DNA of 64,000 nt from Eledone cirrhosa (lineage: Eukaryota): positions 378,262,001 through 378,326,000 of the forward strand of contig OZ024741.1 in NCBI GenBank assembly GCA_964016885.1, read 5' to 3'. The position numbers were made by a program, and so were the translations under genes. The notes under the pieces were generated by a model. That model saw only the letters and a program-made list of their open reading frames with translations. It made no database searches and had not been told where the DNA came from. Below, in pieces: positions 51,116-64,000 of the stretch (position 1 is the first letter of the stretch; every line of letters begins with the position of its first letter).

Positions 51116-51289
51116 TATATGGTGTATTTAGCATCGACTAAATACTCATCTAAGTACAAAGCAATATGTCTTATTACGTAAGTCTATGTGCGTCCAAATA
51201 TTTATGTAATATATATGTGAGCATGAATAAAGAAAAAAATAGTAATCAGTATTCTATTATTGGTTTTAAATCTATTTGTCTATTCCCGT

Positions 51290-51480
51290 GTCACGTATCC
51301 CGTGCTGGCATCACGGAAGAAGGCCACTCACGATTATACGACCAATGTGCTACTGGTATTAATTCTCAACTATGTAGGCGTCTTACTGAAGAATACAGCA
51401 CACCACTCTAGCCGAGGAATTTAAACCAAGGTTTTACGATATGGAGGTAATACTCAAATCCATAAGCCTCATTGCTGCAC
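51290..51480 (-). mobile_element. Decayed CORE-type SINE
   Basis: Minus strand GGTTTAAATTCC..GCTGTATTCTTCAGTAAGACGC resembles B-box plus CORE start. Confidence 0.4.
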
Positions 51481-52049
51481 TAACCTATATATTGGAATAC
51501 ATATTCTCAAATGCAGAGAATACAAAGTAAGTTACTAGTGGGATTTAAATCCACAAAACCTTCACAGGCATGCATAACCATTATTGAATTCTACATTTAG
51601 GAGTTTTGAGACAGAATAATATATTATTTGGCTAGTTGTAAATAGAGCATAGTCCCACAGCACTTAGAATAAGTTATATTTATTCGTTGAATAATTTATA
51701 TTCCTTACATGGAAGTTGTGTAAATACCACAAAATATATGTACCCTGAATCCTCAGCTATTGTAATAACATATTGCATAGATATAAAACAAAATCAATAA
51801 CCAGATACCACTTAAATCTTTCACACATTTCTTTTGAAATACGTGATGTTTCTCTCCTTGTCAATAGTTTATCAATTTGATTTGAAGTTGCTGGACTGTT
51901 ATTTTCATTATACAACATAATATTGCGCTTTTCAATGTCTTGTTAGACTGGCAGATGCTTACAACATTACATTTATGTATTTGATCTGCAACATTTTGAT
52001 GTGAATTCGTGTGTTGAAACATACATTCTTATAGTTGGGTATGTTATAG

Positions 52050-52870
52050 TAAGCGTGACGAGAAATGTGCCGCATGTACTATCCAACAGTGTTAAAGACA
52101 CATATACAGCACTTTATCCACTCCATGGAATTTTCTGGTTATAACCAAAGATATTGTGTACAAAGGACCCACGGCTGAATTCAAAGCCACTCTTGAGAAT
52201 TATATGCGTGGGATTTGCTCATAATACAGGAACAAATCATGAGGACTAAGGAAAGATGAAGGAAGGTTAACTCATCTTATGACAGCTATGACAGCTAAAA
52301 ATACCAGTGTCATATTGGTCGATGCTACCCTTATAGGTGAACTAGCGAATCGTTTTAGAGATGCTGTAGAAAAAATAATCATTGGGATTAAAGTCGTAGA
52401 AAACCAAGAGCTACCATAAAATCCCAGATCGGGAGAATTACCACTTTAGGAGAAAACGCTGTAATGATAGAAAATGTATAGTCTATATGATAAGCCCACA
52501 TATAAACTATATAAACTTAAAGTGTAGTCTATAGAATAATATCTACCTGTGAACGATTCAGAAAGAAGACAACGCCATACATAGGAGATCCAGCAATACT
52601 GTATGCTTCACAGCAGGATGGGCCACTGTGTGGCGTAGCAGTATGGCTCCCTTAAAACATTTCACACGATTTTTACAGAATATGTTTTGTCCCCGATTTA
52701 CATACACAATCATTTTCATTTCTGGAAAAGCCCGAGCATTTGCCGCTCAATGTTTCATGAGAGTTTTACTATCTATAATAGATTCCATGAAACCTATGAT
52801 CATTGGATTAGCTAGAAAAACCTCTCATTGGGAAAATATCCAAATATTTCATATTAATAATGTTCATCAT
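52050..52870 (+). mobile_element. Heavily decayed Penelope-like element remnant (RT C-terminus + GIY-YIG)
   Basis: Manual translation gives HFIHSMEFSGY, SVILVDATLIGELANRF..IKVVE, VVYRI and YIG in order across broken frames. Confidence 0.5.
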
Positions 52871-53931
52871 TAGTTGACTATTGGATGTACAATTATCAAA
52901 AGGGACTCTGAAAATTAATTGTTCTAAGTATTTCCAACAATTATAGAGTGAGTGCTAATTCGGTATGTTTATAATTATTGAGCTATAATTTCATTTTTAT
53001 AACATTCCCTATTCGATAACTCTGTAAATATATACTTCTATCTTCAGTGTGTTAAATAATTATGGGTGGTCATAGAGATACCAACGGAATTGCAGTGACG
53101 TAGCATTTTCCTAATCTGTTATGTAATGCATGCAATATCAAGTAAAGTTGCTTTGTAAAATATTTGTGATTCGTTAAATTATGTTACTTCCTATCACATA
53201 GACAAGGGACTAACTAGTAAAACTAATCAATAGTATGACATTGAACCTAAACACTATGGTTCTTAAATCAACAGAATCGGCAAATATACAGGTACTTAAT
53301 GGATAACAATTTATGCACTATACACTGTTTTGTAAATGAATGCATTTTGAAATCACACATGGCATTTTGTTATTGTTGGTGATGGCATAATATAATTTAT
53401 TTAGTATTGTTAGAATGTATTTCCCTATCATCAATTATGAAGAAGCTTAATAGTATTATCATCACTTTGTTTTTATAATCTTGTTAATTACAGCATTAGT
53501 GACAGTGGTAATTTAATTTCTTATCACTAACTCACCTTTACCAGCAGCCAGCTAAATTTGACACAAACTAATTCAGTTACTGTTTACAGCTCGAAATATA
53601 AGCTTAAGTCGTGTGAAGTCGTCTTCTGTAATGCCATTAAAAACTTTAACACGTACATTATTACATTCATCATATACAGAACATTGATAGAGCTTGAAAT
53701 ATCAGAGTTGAATCTTAAGTAGGCATGTTTATCATTTGCAGAAATATTATTTCTTTTAATTCATATTTTATATACACGTATAATAGATACGTGTGTAACC
53801 TTGTTAATATGATAGTATTGGCTGCAGTAGTGACGTTTTTAACACACATTCACTTGGCAATTTGTATTGAATCTTTCATTTATTATTAATGAAACAATTA
53901 CACCACATGCATTTATTATTGTTACGTACAT

Positions 53932-54124
53932 GGGCGGTGGATTAGCAGTATCAGTAGAGAGTCGGACACCATGCTTTGAAGCATAGATTTACGTCTCTTT
54001 ATGATCTGAGTTCAAATCCCGACGAGGTTAACTTTGCTTTTCATCCTTACGGGGTCGATAAAATAAAGTACCAGTAATGTACTGGGTAATTGCTGGCCTT
54101 GTGCGAAAAGTAGGAACAATTATT
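53932..54124 (+). mobile_element. tRNA-derived SINE, short-tail family, with TSD
   Basis: Full copy; TSD ATTATTGT(A)TACGTACATG at 53915-53932 and 54119-54137. Confidence 0.88.
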
Positions 54125-55021
54125 GTATACGTACATGGTCGAATGGGATGCTGGAAAGAGCAGCTAAGTTATACAGAATTTACATTGCATTGTCTCTAAC
54201 AGGCCGCAAAACACACTTCTCACAATACAATTAGAAAACGGTTGGAATAGTCCAAACTGTTATGATTTTGACATTCTGCCTGTTAATTTGAGGATGACCC
54301 AGGTCTAATAATCATTCTTTAAACATTGTTAAATCATTGATCGCTTCAAGTATCCACAAGAATGAATAATTTTCACAATTTAGAATCAGCTCTAAACTAA
54401 TTCGATATATACAAGCATATACAATAATGTTCATATATATATATATATGCATTCATAGTGTTATATTCTGTTAATACATTTAGTTTTAATCTCCGATTGA
54501 TTACCATTGATAACACAATCGAATTAAATAAAATATTTTAAATAGAACCTCAAATGAATGGCCACGAAGACGGGTGTTTAGTTACCCTGAGATACATGTT
54601 GGGAAAATCAGTCGCTTTAATTGAAACTATATTTAATTGAAGATATATTTGCATCGGGTATAGAAGCAAAGGTTAATCCAAAACAAATTTCAATTTACTT
54701 AAATTATGTTTTGTAATTGACATAATATTAAACAGTTCATCATACAGATTATAATACGTGGGCAAACACAGCTGAAGAATATTTTCTACTTTCGATGAAA
54801 ATGAAGAAATACATAAAACCAAAATGCTAAAAGAAATCACTATTGCTTAAACGATACAGCTAGCTTCATTTGGCCGACGTTCTGGAAATGAAACAGCTCA
54901 TTCTTCGTTCTCACAGATGTATTACGTTATTCTCATCAGCGATCTAAAATCCGATTGATTCATGAAGAATGTTAAATGTTGTGCTATATCTAGTCAACTA
55001 TGTCTGATAGTATATCCTTAT

Positions 55022-55215
55022 AATAATTGTTTCTACTTTTGGCACAAGGCAGGCAATTATGACAGTGTATTACTGGTACTTTATTTTATTGACCCCGTAA
55101 GGATGAAAGTCAAAGTTAACCTCAGCGGGATTTGAAATCGGACCATAAAGGTCCGTAACTCTTTGCTGCAAAGCATGGCGTCCGACCCTCTACCGATACT
55201 GCCAATCCACCGCCC
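55022..55215 (-). mobile_element. tRNA-derived SINE, short-tail family
   Basis: Full reverse copy; imperfect TSD CCTTATAAT/CCTTATCAT. Confidence 0.88.
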
Positions 55216-55364
55216 TTATCATTGTAATATTTGTTCCTAACCACAGCTACATCATATTGTCATAGTTTGATGCTCCATTGTGCGGCGAGATAAATTCTTC
55301 AATTAAACAACAAGTGAATTGCTATTACCAAAATTGCAGCATTTTCTTTGAAATGCTTTAATAA

Positions 55365-57094
55365 CACCGTGTAACAAAAATATTTGTTTCTCTGTTCCTG
55401 GCTTGTAATCACTTTTTTGTGTTGCTTAGGTCCCAAATAAATAAAAAAAAATGTGCTATTAAACAGTTAAAAGTTTGGGTTTGTAAAAATTCTAAGCTAT
55501 TCACTAGAATTATTTGTATGCTGGATTTTACATTTTATGTGAGTTTAATTTGGTTATGTTAAATGATTTTTTTTTTATATATGTTTCAGGTTAAATTAAA
55601 ATTATAAAATATACCTAAAGAAAATTATAAAAGTGCAATAAAGTATACAATTGTTAAAAAGTGGATTAAAGAGATTTATTTATACTGGATTTTCGCACCC
55701 TGAATAAAGGGTTAGTTGTGTTTTAAGCTTTCGTCTCCAGGGTGATGCAGTGGAACTTGGTCAAGGAGGAAGTGCAGGTGACAAGTCAGACAAGTCGACA
55801 CGAACCTTTCTCAGCATTTACACGATTAGGGATAGCCTCTGCTTCTTCCATGACGTGCCTGTACTATTTGACGTTATTGGTGTGCCGTTTGTGCCCAAGG
55901 AGTAGCGGCTATTTATAGATATCCCAACAACAAGTTTGAAGGCCGTCCTCCTCCATAATGGAAACAAGTTCCCGACACTACCCCTCGCTCATTCAGTCTG
56001 CTGAAGGAAAATTACTACAGTGTGAAAGTCCTCTTGGAAGCTCTGCAATACAACCTGTACAATTGGGAAATCATTGGCAACTTCAAGGTAGTGGCTTTAC
56101 TGCTTGGACTCCAAGGAGGCTTTATCAAATTCCAATCCTTCCTCTGCCTTTGGGACAGCAGAGGAACCTCTGGCCACTACACAAGAAAGAACTGGGAGCA
56201 GCGAACATAATTTGTTATTGGGACCCGGAACGTCATGTGGTAGCCATTGGTTGATCCCAGGATTGTGCTCATGCCGCCACTGCACATTAAGATGGGGTTG
56301 ATGAAGCAGTTTGTGAAGGCTCTCAACCAAGAATCAGCCGCTTTTAAGTACCTTCTTGAGTTCTTCCCCAAGTTATCTGAGGCCAAACTCAAAGATGAAA
56401 TTTTTGTTGGACCTCAGATAAAGGTGTTTGAGTCTAACGAGTTCTCCAATAAGCTCAATAGGATTGAGAGAACAGCATGGAACTGTTTCAAGGCAGTTGT
56501 TAAGGGCTTCCTCGGCAACTACAGAGCTGAAAACTACCAGCTACTGGTGCAGGATCTGATAAAGGCTTTTGGCGCCATGGGATGCAGGATGTCGCTTAAA
56601 CTTCATGTGCTGGACGCCCACATGGAAAGATTCAAGGACAATATGGACGCCTACTCAAAAAACAATCCGAACGATTCCACTAAGATGTGAAAGAGATAGA
56701 GTGGAGTTACCATGGCCACTACATTGAAAAATGATGGAGGACTATATCTGGGGGCTTGTGCGGGAATGCGACCTGGACTACAACCGCAAATCCAGGAAAT
56801 CCAGTCATTTCGGACGTGTATAAGTTGCTTTATAAGTGTTATTTGTTTTTACTTGTTTGCTTTTGATAAGCTTGTGTAATAAAATAAATCTATACTCTGT
56901 TGTTTTAATTATATGAACTGATAAATTTAAAAAAGTTGTGTTTTTTTTTTAAAATATGAAAATTTCGCAATATCAAACTTCTGACTACAAACCCAAACTT
57001 CTGATTAAATAATAGGGTTTTCATATAATAATCGGGTATAGCAAACCAGGAAATGGCACTTAGAAACGGGGAAAACAATATATCTTACTCGGGC
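55365..57094 (+). mobile_element. DNA transposon, probably Chapaev3-like (CMC superfamily), decayed
   Basis: Starts CACCGTGTAAC; imperfect ~120 bp TIRs (AAGTTTGGGTTTGT / ACAAACCCAAACTT); TAA on both sides; transposase remnant inside. The superfamily call is from recalled motifs. Confidence 0.7.
55800..56820 (+). pseudogene. DDE transposase remnant
   Basis: RLFID..SLKAVLLHNGN, LLGLQGG..FLCLWDSR, PPLHIKMGLMKQFVKAL, IFVGPQI and GCRMSLKLH; stops and frameshifts. Confidence 0.8.
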
Positions 57095-57199
57095 TAATTG
57101 CAATTCATATAACGCTGCATTTGTAAACAGATATAATGGAATGTAAATCGCAGAAGACAAATCTACACAATCAAAGGAATTCAATAACGCAAGATATTT

Positions 57200-57556
57200 A
57201 AATTTCCGTATATTTTGAACATATGTGTATGGTTCCGTAACTCCTGGTAGAATCGTAGGGGTGTAGTATTGGGATAAGGCGTTTCTTGGGCATTTTAACG
57301 CTGTCGGGGTCCATCCATATCCAGGCCTGAGCAGAGCGGATTTCTTCTAGAGAAAGATAGAACGTGAGAGGGAGGAAATGAGAGAGAGATATAGACGAAG
57401 AATTGACTTCCGTACTAGACTGATACTTTTTTATCGACCTCGAAAGGATGAAATGCAAAGTTGATCACGGCAAGATTTGAACTCAGAGAACAGAGAGCCG
57501 GAACGAATATTCTAAGGCATTCTATCCGACGTTCTAATGAGTCTGCCCATTTGCTG
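57200..57556 (-). mobile_element. SINE, long-tail variant
   Basis: tRNA-like head with B-box (TGAGTTCAAATC), same central domain, tail shared with the 50805 copy. Confidence 0.75.
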
Positions 57557-59095
57557 AATTTTTTGTTCACGTACATCCAACAAAATCCACTGGACATATT
57601 CGTATTTGATGCCAAATTAGAATCGGATATGGTTTACTACAGATATTTAATGAATATATGTTATTTTTATTGACGTCTGCAAATATATGTTACCACGAAA
57701 TCTATACTGTCAGGTTGAAGACCAACATGTTATTGAAACTCCACAACCGGCAACATACATGATAACCTAGTCATTATCTAACCTCTATTCAAATGTTGAT
57801 AATTATATCACATCTATTAATATCATATGATATGTAGTGCCTTATCTATGTCCATCAGCAAATAACTGGAGGTATATTAATCTATGAATCAACATTGAGC
57901 TGGGAGACAGTACATGTTAATTTAAGCTGGTAATGATTCATTTCGTTTTCGTGTTTAGGTAAAGCTAAAACATTTTCTGGTGTCGACAGGTCTACAATTG
58001 TCACTATAATCTACAACTTTATATCACATATTATCCTAATAGTTAAAGCTATAACTATTATAGTTAAAGCTAAGTATTATGCCTTTTGCAATAGCATTTA
58101 TTATGGCGACATATTAGCATATATAACACGGCGCTATTAGTAAAATTAACATTAATCTCAGATGAAAGAAACACTAGTAATATGAATCTCTAACATCCAT
58201 TATATAATTCGAAGTTCAGACTGATATAAATCTGACACAAATGGAATAACTTAATCGATAACTATTATGGATGCACTTACATTGTTAGGATAATCATATA
58301 TGTTTGGTGTTGAACCATTACTCAGTCATAAAAAAAACAAAGGTATGTATAATATACACTGACAAAAGTTACTTTTTACATTTTTAAATTTTTAAATTGT
58401 TTCTTCGAAACCGAAAGAAATTATGTGTATTTTCTTACCTTCCGGATTTTCCAAGTTAATATTGCACTGCATCTACTTAGTATTCACACTGACACAATAA
58501 GAGACATATCTAAACAAATCCCGAAAATGTTTTATATAATTGCAGGCAGCAAATACAATCGATTCAGTTCTTCACATCATATGTTTAACAATGTGCTAAA
58601 ATGATGTTCTCAGATAAATGGCGAGAAGTCTTCATGGCTCATTAATTGAACTAATGTTGGCTCACTTTCAAGTTCCATCTCCAGGGAATCCGATTCACGT
58701 TATGCTCTCCCATGTGTGGACATTTACAGACAATAAAGAAAAAGAATGCAATAACATAAATTAAATAAAGGAAAGTGAAGAAGATTGTGATATTATAGCA
58801 AAACAGCTGAAATTGAAATAGTAGATAAGGGAAATGATTTATATCTTTTTATTATAATGGAACCGTCTTCCTGTTAGACACCCTTAGTAAATAAAACAAT
58901 GAAATATACATAAACTAAATTATGACAGTAACTGTTATATGAAATGGAAAGTAGCATGAAACTAGTCGATGAATTGTATTTCAGACAATTCATTTAATAC
59001 TCTCAAGATCTTTCCATTTGAAACTAATATCTAGGTAATGTAAACATTTCTTTAAGATATTCACTCGCAATATTACTAATATTATTTCATGACAC

Positions 59096-59170
59096 CGGGT
59101 CGATAAAATAAAGTACCAGTAATACACTCGGTTTTTTGCTAGCCTTGTGCCTAACGTAGAAACAATTATT
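59096..59170 (+). mobile_element. 5'-truncated SINE, short-tail family, with perfect 15-bp TSD
   Basis: ATTATTTCATGACAC at 59081-59095 and 59165-59179. Confidence 0.85.
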
Positions 59171-59212
59171 TCATGACACATGTATGCAGACACGCATACA
59201 AATCTGTCACCT

Positions 59213-59315
<103 letters not shown>

Positions 59316-60643
59316 GATATTAACAAATGGAAACTATATTTATCAAACCATATCTATTTTATTATACATATTTCAAGGATACCATGTTAAATTATGGTAT
59401 GCTTTCATCAGACAAAATACAATATATACCACTTTTATAAATGAACATTGACGTACCCCTTCAAAATGCAACCGTTACTTTTGGAAGACATCACGGATAG
59501 TGGATTTGTTTATTTTAGTAAGTCGTTGTGTTAAGGAGAAGGAAAAAGACGGAGAGAGAGAAAAACGGAGAGAGAGAAAAGTGGAGAAAGAAAGGGAGAG
59601 ATAAATAAAGAAAAAGAAGAAAGAAAAAAGAAAACAGAGAAAAACAAGAGAGAGATATCAAACCACCAGACAGAGAGAAAAAATCAAGAGAGAGAAATAT
59701 AGAGATAGGGAGAGGGGGAGAGAATGAAAACCTTAAGTCATGTCATATTAAGTTAAGTTAACAATTGAGATGAAATGTATAAATAAAATTAGAAATATTA
59801 ATATTAATATACATATATAATATGAGAAATTAATCATTGTTTAACTATGATTAGATATTTAGTTTAAAAATTGAGATCAATATATTAAAAATTGGAATTT
59901 ATCTTCAATCAAAATTGTATGGGTACACATGTACATGTACACACACAATCCTTACATATACTTATATAAACATGTGTGTGCATCCTCACCCAATTGGTAG
60001 ACACGCGTCACTCATGCATATATACAGACAGACATATATTCATAAAAATGCATATAACACATGTATATGTATGTTAATACACACACATACATACATAGTC
60101 GTATAGAGATAAGTATACATCAATATATTACATAGTATAATTGAGTACGTAAAATACAAAAGGATTATATTTTGGAAATATAATTATATCAATATAACTT
60201 AAAAAGAAAATAATTCTACAAATATTAAAATATTAAAATATTTAAAAATATTATAGAATATGTTAAGTTAAAATAATATGTTTAATAGATTTAGTATAGA
60301 AATTTATCTTACGTATATTTTACTCAAGATATTGAAAGGATAAACTTTCGAAAATTATGAGAAGCTATCAGAATAAAAACAAACCTAATAAAAAATAAAT
60401 AAAATACAAAAAAAAATAAAAAATAAAAAATAAAAAAATATAAAAAATATAAAAAATAAAAATATGAAAAATATAAAAAATAGGAACTATTTTCTCCTTT
60501 CAAGAGCTCTCAATATATTTCTCTAGAATAGTTTATTATATTTATATTTATATTTAGGAAGAAAATGAAAAAGGTGAAGGAATCTAATGATTTATCGACA
60601 GGTTTCATATATTAACCAAATTACTTAATTTATTATACTACAT

Positions 60644-61500
60644 TTAAAATTTATATTTATATTTAAACGTTGAGTTCAATATATGTATGCAGCAGCTGAA
60701 TAAATTATTACTTAAATTAAGGGAATTTTTGGTCTTTAATATAAAGAATATTTCTTCTATACAAAGATCGCAATTTTCTGAAGGGGAATTAAAAGGAGTA
60801 GCTATTGAAATAATATTCCAAATCGGCGAATATTCAACATTATCTCGTTTTAGGTCCCATAATAGGCTAGATAGCGAAGTTGAAGATTTTTTGTTTGGAT
60901 CTGTAAAAGAATTGTTATGATTATTGAAGCGGGATTTAAACTCTGTGGAGGTAGAGACCGACATAATTAAATTAAATTAAATTAGTTTTTACATTACAAT
61001 TATAAACTACATTTTTAGCTAAGCAGTTGTTATTTAACGGACAGGTGGATTTATTTCTACAGTTACAATTATTCGATTGAATATTGCTTGGGTTATTATT
61101 GGTATTTTGGTTAGGTTTTAAATTTCTATTATTAATTCTATTACTATTTTGCGCTAAATTTTTGGTGGAAGAGTAAGTTAATTTTATAGTATGTCTATTA
61201 AAAATTGAGTAATATCTATGTGTTCTAGGGAAGCGTTTGTCAAGAGCTTTAAAGAATATTTTAGCAATAGAGGTTTTAATATTTAGTGAGAAAGGAGGAG
61301 CGAACCATAGTATATTCCTAGTTCTATTTCTTTTTCGGCTTTCGGAATTATTGTAATGTTTTCTATTATAGTTGTTAAAATTGTTAACATAGTTAAAATT
61401 GTTATTATTTTTATATTATTATTATTATGGATGTATTTAATTTTATTTCTATACCCAGCTCTACCTAAAGCTTCGTTGTAATAATGCGCTTTATATTAGT
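60644..61500 (-). mobile_element. Penelope-like element fragment (RT C-terminus, Cys-rich linker, GIY-YIG endonuclease)
   Basis: YNEALGRAGY, ILWFAPPFS, CNCRNKSTCPLNNNC, VVY..YVG, FKSRFNNH and CDLCIEE. Confidence 0.85.
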
Positions 61501-62329
61501 TATAAAAATATTTGCTTGTTGTATCCCAACAATTTAAATATAACTTTTGCATATATATATATGTGTGTGTGTGTTTGTGTCTGTGTGTGTAAGTATATAA
61601 ATCTAGGTATACATATGTACACACATATATATACAGACATACACACACACAAACTCACACACACATACACACACATATATATATATATATATATAATGTA
61701 TAATAAACAATACAATATAATTATCTCATTACCAGAGGTTCTCGAATAAGACGAATACAAGAAACGGACAAGGCAATTTAAAACATAGTGAAATATTTGA
61801 AAAATCTCCTCAAGAAAGGCAAAAGTTGACCGGTCAAAAAAAATATATATATAAATAAAAGTAATGCAAGAGATATATGAAAATAAAATAAGGAAATATA
61901 GTTAGAGTATGTGTATAAATGTGTATATGTTCACTCACAAATGAACATATGTGTGTATGTACGAATGCATGTGTATAGTGAAAAAATGTGTGCGTAAGTT
62001 CATATATGAGGGCAATCATATCAGTGTATGTGTGACCACAAATACGTATATAATATATTTTGAAAAAGAAATTGTAGACAATAGAGTTAACGTACATCCA
62101 GACTCATGTATTAAGGATTGAAATATATACACAACAAGTATGATAGCACGCGTATAAACACACACACGCGCGCGACAACATGCATGCGAGTTATATATAC
62201 AGGGAAGGGAGTGTATCAGTCAAAGCAGTGTCAGTCTGAAGGTTGATACATATAAAAATGAAAAAATGAAAATAATATATGAGAATAACAAAATTTAAAT
62301 CAAAGAGAAAGTAAGGGGGATGGGTTAAT

Positions 62330-62552
62330 AATTATAAAGTAACAGTAGAAAAATAGAAAACAAGCATAGGTTCGTATGTACACATATATATAAATATATA
62401 TATAAATACGTACAGACAAAAGCACAGACATTCGTACATACGTACAAAGGCGCGCATACATACACACGAAGCAGACATATATATACAGGCATATGTATAT
62501 CTAATCACACGCACGCACGCGACCGTATATATATATATATATATGTATACAC

Positions 62553-62648
<96 letters not shown>

Positions 62649-62820
62649 ATATATATATATATACATATACATACACACATACACACACACACGTATATAT
62701 AACTATGTAAAAAACGTAGATATAAAAACACACATACACACACATGCGCACATACGAATGCGTTCCTATACATACTCAAACACGCATACACACACATGCA
62801 CGCTCACACGCATAGATACA
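62330..62820. repeat. Mixed TA/CA microsatellite field
   Basis: Directly visible. Confidence 0.9.
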
Positions 62821-63209
62821 AATTAAAAACCAGCCGTATGAATAAATGAGTACCAATTATACGCAAGTAAACATACATAAAAACGGCTGAGATACAACAG
62901 AATATATCTAGATTTGAAAATGCAACTGATATGTGATATCAGGTAGTGAAAGAAAATGTAGATGTAAAATGTGTGGAATTGTGAAGATATAAGGTAAGTG
63001 AATAAAAAACAGGGGGAGGGGGTCACTGGTGGATGTGAAGTAAAAATAAAGTTAAAGTTAAAAATAAAAGTAAATCAGAAAGAGAAGTCTGTAAAGAGGG
63101 TAATTTAAGGAAAGTGAAGCACAAACGTTTATGGAGGATAAGTATCTGAAAGTGAGATAAGTTTATGTGAGCTGGAACGCAAGTGTGATTTCATGTGTGG
63201 GCAACTGGT

Positions 63210-64000
63210 GAACATTTCTGTTTTTGCATTTAGCCAGGCTTTGGTGATTTAAGGTTCTGCAAAATCCAATATGTTTCATTTATGTAGAGTGCGCATCTTC
63301 TTGTTCCTTTTGCATATTCTTTATATTGGTTCAAAATTTACCAATCTAATATATATTGGATACCTTGGTCTTTCAAATACCATATTCTGCTAGCCAGAGC
63401 TAGTGTAAATCTTTTTTCAGGACGTCGGAAAGATACGACATGTGAGTAATAACGCGTTTTGAATTTGCCTTGTGTCATACCCACATATCGTTCGCTGGTG
63501 TCTGGTAGGTTGTTGCCGGTAGTTGTCACTTTAGCCGCATATACAATGGCTTTGGTGTTGCATTTACCTTGTAATGTGCATTCACTTTTGACTCTACAGG
63601 AACAATTTTGATGTTCTTTGGGTATTTTCTTATTGAGGATATATGATTAAATAGGTGGACCGCAGGAGTAGCTGATTTTGACACAATTTCTATTGAATAT
63701 CTTATAGTATCTATGTATTCTAGGGAAATGTTTATCTAAGAGCTCTAGGAATGTTTTGCCTACATTAGTTTTAACTGCTAAAGAGTAGGGTGGTGTGAAC
63801 CAGATTATTTATCTTTTCCTATTATTATGTTTAAAGGAGTTAGTATTGTTGGGTATGTACTTAATCGTTTCTCTAAATCCGCTATTTTGAAGGGCTTTAT
63901 TATAGAAGGGGGATGCCTTATTGAAAATAGCTTCTGAGAAAGAGAGGGTGGAGACACTATGGCTAATATTAGGGATAAAGTTTTTAAAAACTAGAGGAGG
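63210..64000 (-). mobile_element. Penelope-like element fragment running off the window end
   Basis: [42 protein letters not shown] and FKTRYYSH. Confidence 0.85.

Noticed and set aside
52547-52650. Minus-strand exon candidate with AG/GT boundaries
   Set aside because: Better explained as a plus-strand decayed GIY-YIG (VVY..YIG) of a Penelope remnant.
58430-58730. Strong minus-strand donor (AAG|GTAAG) and short open frames
   Set aside because: Isolated signal with in-frame stops upstream and no homology recognisable by eye.
60560-61840. Penelope-associated hammerheads (GAAACCTGTC at ~60600 minus; GACCGGTC at ~61830)
   Set aside because: No CUGANGA core found at the proper spacing.

Overview
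This is eukaryotic, AT-rich, microsatellite-rich genomic DNA with no supportable host gene. The SINE types suggest a cephalopod such as Octopus (inference). Bases ~1845-47090 are a dense cluster of non-LTR retrotransposons joined at (TAA)n tracts. On the + strand are R4/Dong-like elements (single ORF: RT, CCHC knuckle, restriction-like endonuclease), including a five-copy ~4.33 kb head-to-tail array. On the - strand are Tx1/L1-like elements (ORF1 plus APE-RT ORF2), two of them inserted in Dong (TAA)n tails. The middle array copies are chimeras of two defective parents, and one has a nearly full-length 1099-aa ORF. The Dong 5' UTR holds a decayed hammerhead-like fold and a covarying hairpin. 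A tRNA-derived SINE resembles the Tx1-like LINE in its 3' tail and inserts at ATTATT sites. Bases 47-64 kb hold SINEs, a foldback palindrome, a Chapaev3-like DNA transposon, three Penelope-like remnants and microsatellites. All family assignments come from motif recognition by eye; no database search was run.
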